A stretch of 64,000 nt of DNA, taken from positions 17,301-81,300 of IMG/VR virus record IMGVR_UViG_2870579115_000001; one strand, given 5' to 3'. Source of the stretch: a virus. This document shows, one piece after another, positions 61,158 through 64,000 of this stretch (positions are counted from its first letter, which is position 1; every line of letters starts with the position of its first letter). The notes below the pieces were generated by a model. It searched no databases. It worked only from the letters and a program-made list of their open reading frames with translations, and was not told where the DNA came from. Position numbers and translations under genes: made by a program.

Positions 61158-62039
61158 TCACGCAACGGGGACCACATCCCGACGGCAGGTGCGGCAGGGG
61201 ATGTTGACGAACTCGCGGTCGCGGGCCTGGTATTTGATGCGCCCGCGCTCGCATTCGGTGCAGGCGGCGCGGGCGGCGGCCAGGTCGATGAGGAACTGGG
61301 CGGCCTGCCGGGCGGACATGTGGGGGTTGGCCGTCAGCTCTTCCTGGATGCGGCGTGCCGCTTCGTCGTGGCCGTTGGTGTCGAGGAACACGGCGGCCTG
61401 CTTCGCGCGGAGGCCCGGCACTTCGGCGGCTGCGGCGTTGAGCAGCGCGACCGCGTCGGTGTACTCCCCGGCGTCGACCGGGTCGGCGACGGCTCGGGCG
61501 GCGGCGGCCTGCTCGGCCTTCTCGATGAGCAGCGCCCGCTTGCGGTGCTCGGCGAGGACAGCGGCGTACATGTCCACGTGACCGCAGGCGTTGGCCCACT
61601 TGTCGACGCTGTACCACTCGCCGTCTTCGCAGAAGCGGTGCGGCTCGGCGTCGCCGCGGGGGCCGCCGCAGCGCGGGCACTCGGGCAGGACGACGACGGT
61701 GACGATGCGCACGCCGGTGTAGCCGGGGCCGTCGCCCCGGTCGATCACGCGGTACGTCATCGACGCCGGCCGCGGTTCCACCGTCGGCAGTCCGGCGACG
61801 TAGCGCACCCACACCGCGGTGGCGCCGTCCTGCTCGTGCGGTGCCGCGTACGCCTCGAACGTGCCGGGCGGGTCGTACGCGGGCATCCGCTCGGCGCGGG
61901 GGATGCGGCGGGCCGCGTTCCGTCCGTTCTCGGCCGAGGGGTACAGGCCGGCGAGCTGCCACACGCCGCGCTCGGCGCGGGCCTTGGCGACGACGGTCTT
62001 GTGGTCGATGGACGACCTGCGTCCGGAGCGGCCCGTCAC
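61158..62039 (-). CDS. hypothetical protein with two zinc-ribbon-like Cys clusters
   Basis: ...LPECPRCGGPRGDAEPHRFCEDGEWY...RAACTECERGRIKYQARDREFVNIPCRTCRRDV. Confidence 0.65.
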   Translation of the reverse strand: MTGRSGRRSSIDHKTVVAKARAERGVWQLAGLYPSAENGRNAARRIPRAERMPAYDPPGTFEAYAAPHEQDGATAVWVRYVAGLPTVEPRPASMTYRVIDRGDGPGYTGVRIVTVVVLPECPRCGGPRGDAEPHRFCEDGEWYSVDKWANACGHVDMYAAVLAEHRKRALLIEKAEQAAAARAVADPVDAGEYTDAVALLNAAAAEVPGLRAKQAAVFLDTNGHDEAARRIQEELTANPHMSARQAAQFLIDLAAARAACTECERGRIKYQARDREFVNIPCRTCRRDVVPVA

Positions 62040-62266
62040 TGGACACCGCCAGCCGGAGCGGTCGAGCGCGTCTGGCGCGGGATCGCGGCCAGCGCGCGGC
62101 GCGTTCGGGCCTGCGAGGGGTGCCGCAGTCTCGTGCAGTGCGGGCAGGTGCGCGGGTTGTGCCCGCTACAGTGCTGGGTCATCAGTGCCTCACGTCGTTG
62201 TGGTTGAGGTGCTGGGTGGTCCCGGGCGGCACGAGCCCTGGCCGGCTGTGCCGTTCCGGGCCGCCG

Positions 62267-62593
62267 TCATCCGACGGACCGTCGCCTGCGCGCCCCAGCG
62301 GGGCGGATGCTTGCGAGCTCCGGGACGGGCGGCTCTTCGTGCTGCTGCTGCTCCTGGTCGCTGTCGTCGGACAGCACGTCAGGAGGCATCACGCTGCACA
62401 GGGCTTGGATGAGGGCGAGTTCGCAGTCGCAGAACGCGACGCTCCCGCCGATCTTTTGGTGCGGGAGGCGAGAGATGTTGTCCTCCAGCCACCGTCGGAA
62501 GCAGCGCAACTTCTTCGCCGCTTCGTCGTAGTCCCAGTTCTGAACCGCGACGCAGCGGCAGTAGTCGCGGCGGTTCCAGACCCGGCGGGTCAT
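62267..62593 (-). CDS. hypothetical protein
   Basis: MTRRVWNRRDYCRCVAVQNWDYDEAAKKLRCFRRWLEDNISRLPHQK... Confidence 0.6.
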   Translation of the reverse strand: MTRRVWNRRDYCRCVAVQNWDYDEAAKKLRCFRRWLEDNISRLPHQKIGGSVAFCDCELALIQALCSVMPPDVLSDDSDQEQQQHEEPPVPELASIRPAGARRRRSVG

Positions 62594-62865
62594 GCCGCCG
62601 CCCCCGCAGGCGCCGGTTGTGCGCCCTGCTGCTGCGGGATTCGCGGGGCGTGCGCGCTACGGCCGACCAGCTCATCGAGCGTCATGTCGTACGCGTCCGC
62701 CACGGCGATCAGCGTCGCCAGGGACGGCGCGGTGCGCCCGTTCAGCAGGCGGGAAATCGTGGACTCGCGAACTCCGGCGCGGAGAGCGATGGCGTAGTGC
62801 GTGGTGTCGCCCGCCGCCTCCGCCTTCTTTCTGAGGACGGCGGCGAACTCCGGCGTCCCTTCCAT
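62590..62865 (-). CDS. XRE-family HTH regulator (leftward, candidate Cro-like/early regulator)
   Basis: MEGTPEFAAVLRKKAEAAGDTTHYAIALRAGVRESTISRLLNGRTAPSLATLIAVADAYDMTLDELVGR. Confidence 0.85.
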   Translation of the reverse strand: MEGTPEFAAVLRKKAEAAGDTTHYAIALRAGVRESTISRLLNGRTAPSLATLIAVADAYDMTLDELVGRSAHAPRIPQQQGAQPAPAGAAA

Positions 62866-62889
62866 GTGGCCCCCTCGTGATCCGGTGTC

Positions 62890-63070
62890 TTGCACGCATG
62901 CACGTCATGCATGCATGCACAATCTAGATCAGTCTTGTGCACGCATGCAAGCGCGGCACGACGTGGCCGACAGCAAACTTTGTGTAACGCACCCCCGGCG
63001 CACACCCGGCACCGCCTGCGACGGAGTCGAAAACCCTCCCCGACCTGCGATGACGCACGCATGCAAGCCG
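62890..63070. promoter_or_regulatory. divergent immunity-type operator region with repeated GCACGCATGCA boxes
   Basis: TTGCACGCATGCACG (62890), GTCATGCATGCATGCAC (62904), GTGCACGCATGCAAGCG (62937), GACGCACGCATGCAAGCCG (63052). Confidence 0.7.
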
Positions 63071-63106
63071 TTCCCAGTGGCACGCTCGCGCGCTACTCTC
63101 CGGTGT

Positions 63107-63601
63107 ATGCGGAGCATGGACACTGACCACCAGCAAGCTGGGGCCACCCCGGCCGAACGATTCGGCGAACTGGTGAGCGAGCTAGCCAGGGATGCCGGAT
63201 TTGACCTATCTCCTGGAGGAGGAGGGCGCGGAGCGCTCGCACGCGAGACCGGAATGAGTCAGTCCGCCGTCGGGCGCATGGTTACTGGGAAAACGCTGCC
63301 GATGCCGCAGCAACTCGAAGGAATTGCACGCGCCGTTAAAACAGATGTACGAACTCTGCTGGTCGGTGCGGGGGTAATCTCCGACGGAGCATGGCCGAAG
63401 GAAGCTGATTCGGCTGTACTCTCGACGATCACCCCAAATCAACAGCCGCTCTCCCCCGACGCCGCGGCGGATGCCTGGGGCGTCGTCGAACCAGGCATCC
63501 GAGCCATGCTCCTCGGCAGCATCCAACACGCCATCCGTCTACAGAAGGAGGCGGACGCGAGGCCGGCAGGCGAGCGCACGGGGGCAGTCGCAAGGGAGTA
63601 A
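63107..63601 (+). CDS. XRE-family HTH regulator, candidate prophage repressor
   Basis: MRSMDTDHQQAGATPAERFGELVSELARDAGFDL...GRGALARETGMSQSAVGRMVTGKTLPMPQQLEGIARAVKTDVRTLLVGAG. Confidence 0.85.
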   Translation: MRSMDTDHQQAGATPAERFGELVSELARDAGFDLSPGGGGRGALARETGMSQSAVGRMVTGKTLPMPQQLEGIARAVKTDVRTLLVGAGVISDGAWPKEADSAVLSTITPNQQPLSPDAAADAWGVVEPGIRAMLLGSIQHAIRLQKEADARPAGERTGAVARE

Positions 63602-63610
63602 AGCCCCGGA

Positions 63611-64000
63611 TGCCTCACCGAATCACTACGCCTTCGCTGGCCGGATTCGCTCTTGGTGCTTCTATTGCCGTCGCTCTCGCGGAAGGATCAATCAAACGCA
63701 CAGCAGAGGACGTGTCCCTGTTCGTCGGCGCCCGCGTCGCAGTCCTGGTATGCGGCCTGCTCCTCGCTGCGGCTGTCATCCGCCCCTGGCTGCTGTCGTT
63801 CCTCGGCACCATGCGCCGCGAAATGACCGCGCAAGCCGCTCAACACCGCCAGTTCAACGAGGAGATGGACCGGCGCCTCGCCGAGTTGGCGTTGAGAGAA
63901 AGCGCGCTGAACCGATCCGCCACCGCGTCCACGGTGCACCTGAGTAGCAGACTCGCCGAGGCCGATCTCAAGGCGACGAGACTCCAGCAGGAATACGACG
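63611..64000 (+). CDS. membrane protein with TM segments and coiled C-terminus, partial at window edge
   Basis: Manual translation MPHRITTPSLAGFALGASIAVALAEG...VLVCGLLLAAAVIRPWLLSFLGTMRREMTAQAAQHRQFNEEMDRRLAELALRESALNRSA... Confidence 0.6.

Noticed and set aside
1-64000. Integration module (integrase, att core) within the window
   Set aside because: No tyrosine or serine recombinase signature was recognised in any frame; it may lie outside the window or be absent in a phage-plasmid.

Overview
High-GC actinobacterial (Streptomyces-like) window that looks like most of a temperate tailed phage or phage-plasmid genome, coded almost entirely on the minus strand. Right to left: immunity/lysogeny switch (~62.6-64 kb), early recombination and replication block (YqaJ-like exonuclease, RecT, RusA-like resolvase, HNH-like protein, WhiB, winged-helix replication initiator), a block resembling a Streptomyces conjugative-element Spd/GntR module (~41.7-48.4 kb), a block of small unknown genes with ParB, adenine MTase, DUF3560-like protein and an intein-bearing cytosine MTase (~18-41 kb), then packaging and head genes (TerS, TerL, portal, MuF-ART, protease, major capsid, tail tube; 16.5-0.5 kb). 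Most notable signals: (i) an intein placed exactly at the catalytic Cys of a C5-DNA methyltransferase; (ii) a MuF head protein fused to a putative R-S-E ADP-ribosyltransferase; (iii) a capsid protease with an N-terminal 2H-phosphoesterase-like domain; (iv) a Dam-like plus GNAT/Mom-like modification fusion; (v) six inverted-repeat iterons inside the putative initiator gene; (vi) four TATTGGGTACCCAATA sites around parB; (vii) five conserved ~45-bp CCAAAG-N4-CTTTGG promoter elements; (viii) three consecutive hairpins with different stems but an identical TGCGAC loop; (ix) a dispersed TGTCCGGAC repeat family inserted in several reading frames. No integrase, ParA, TraB/FtsK translocase or tRNA was recognised in the window. 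All family calls are from reading the sequence; no database search was run.
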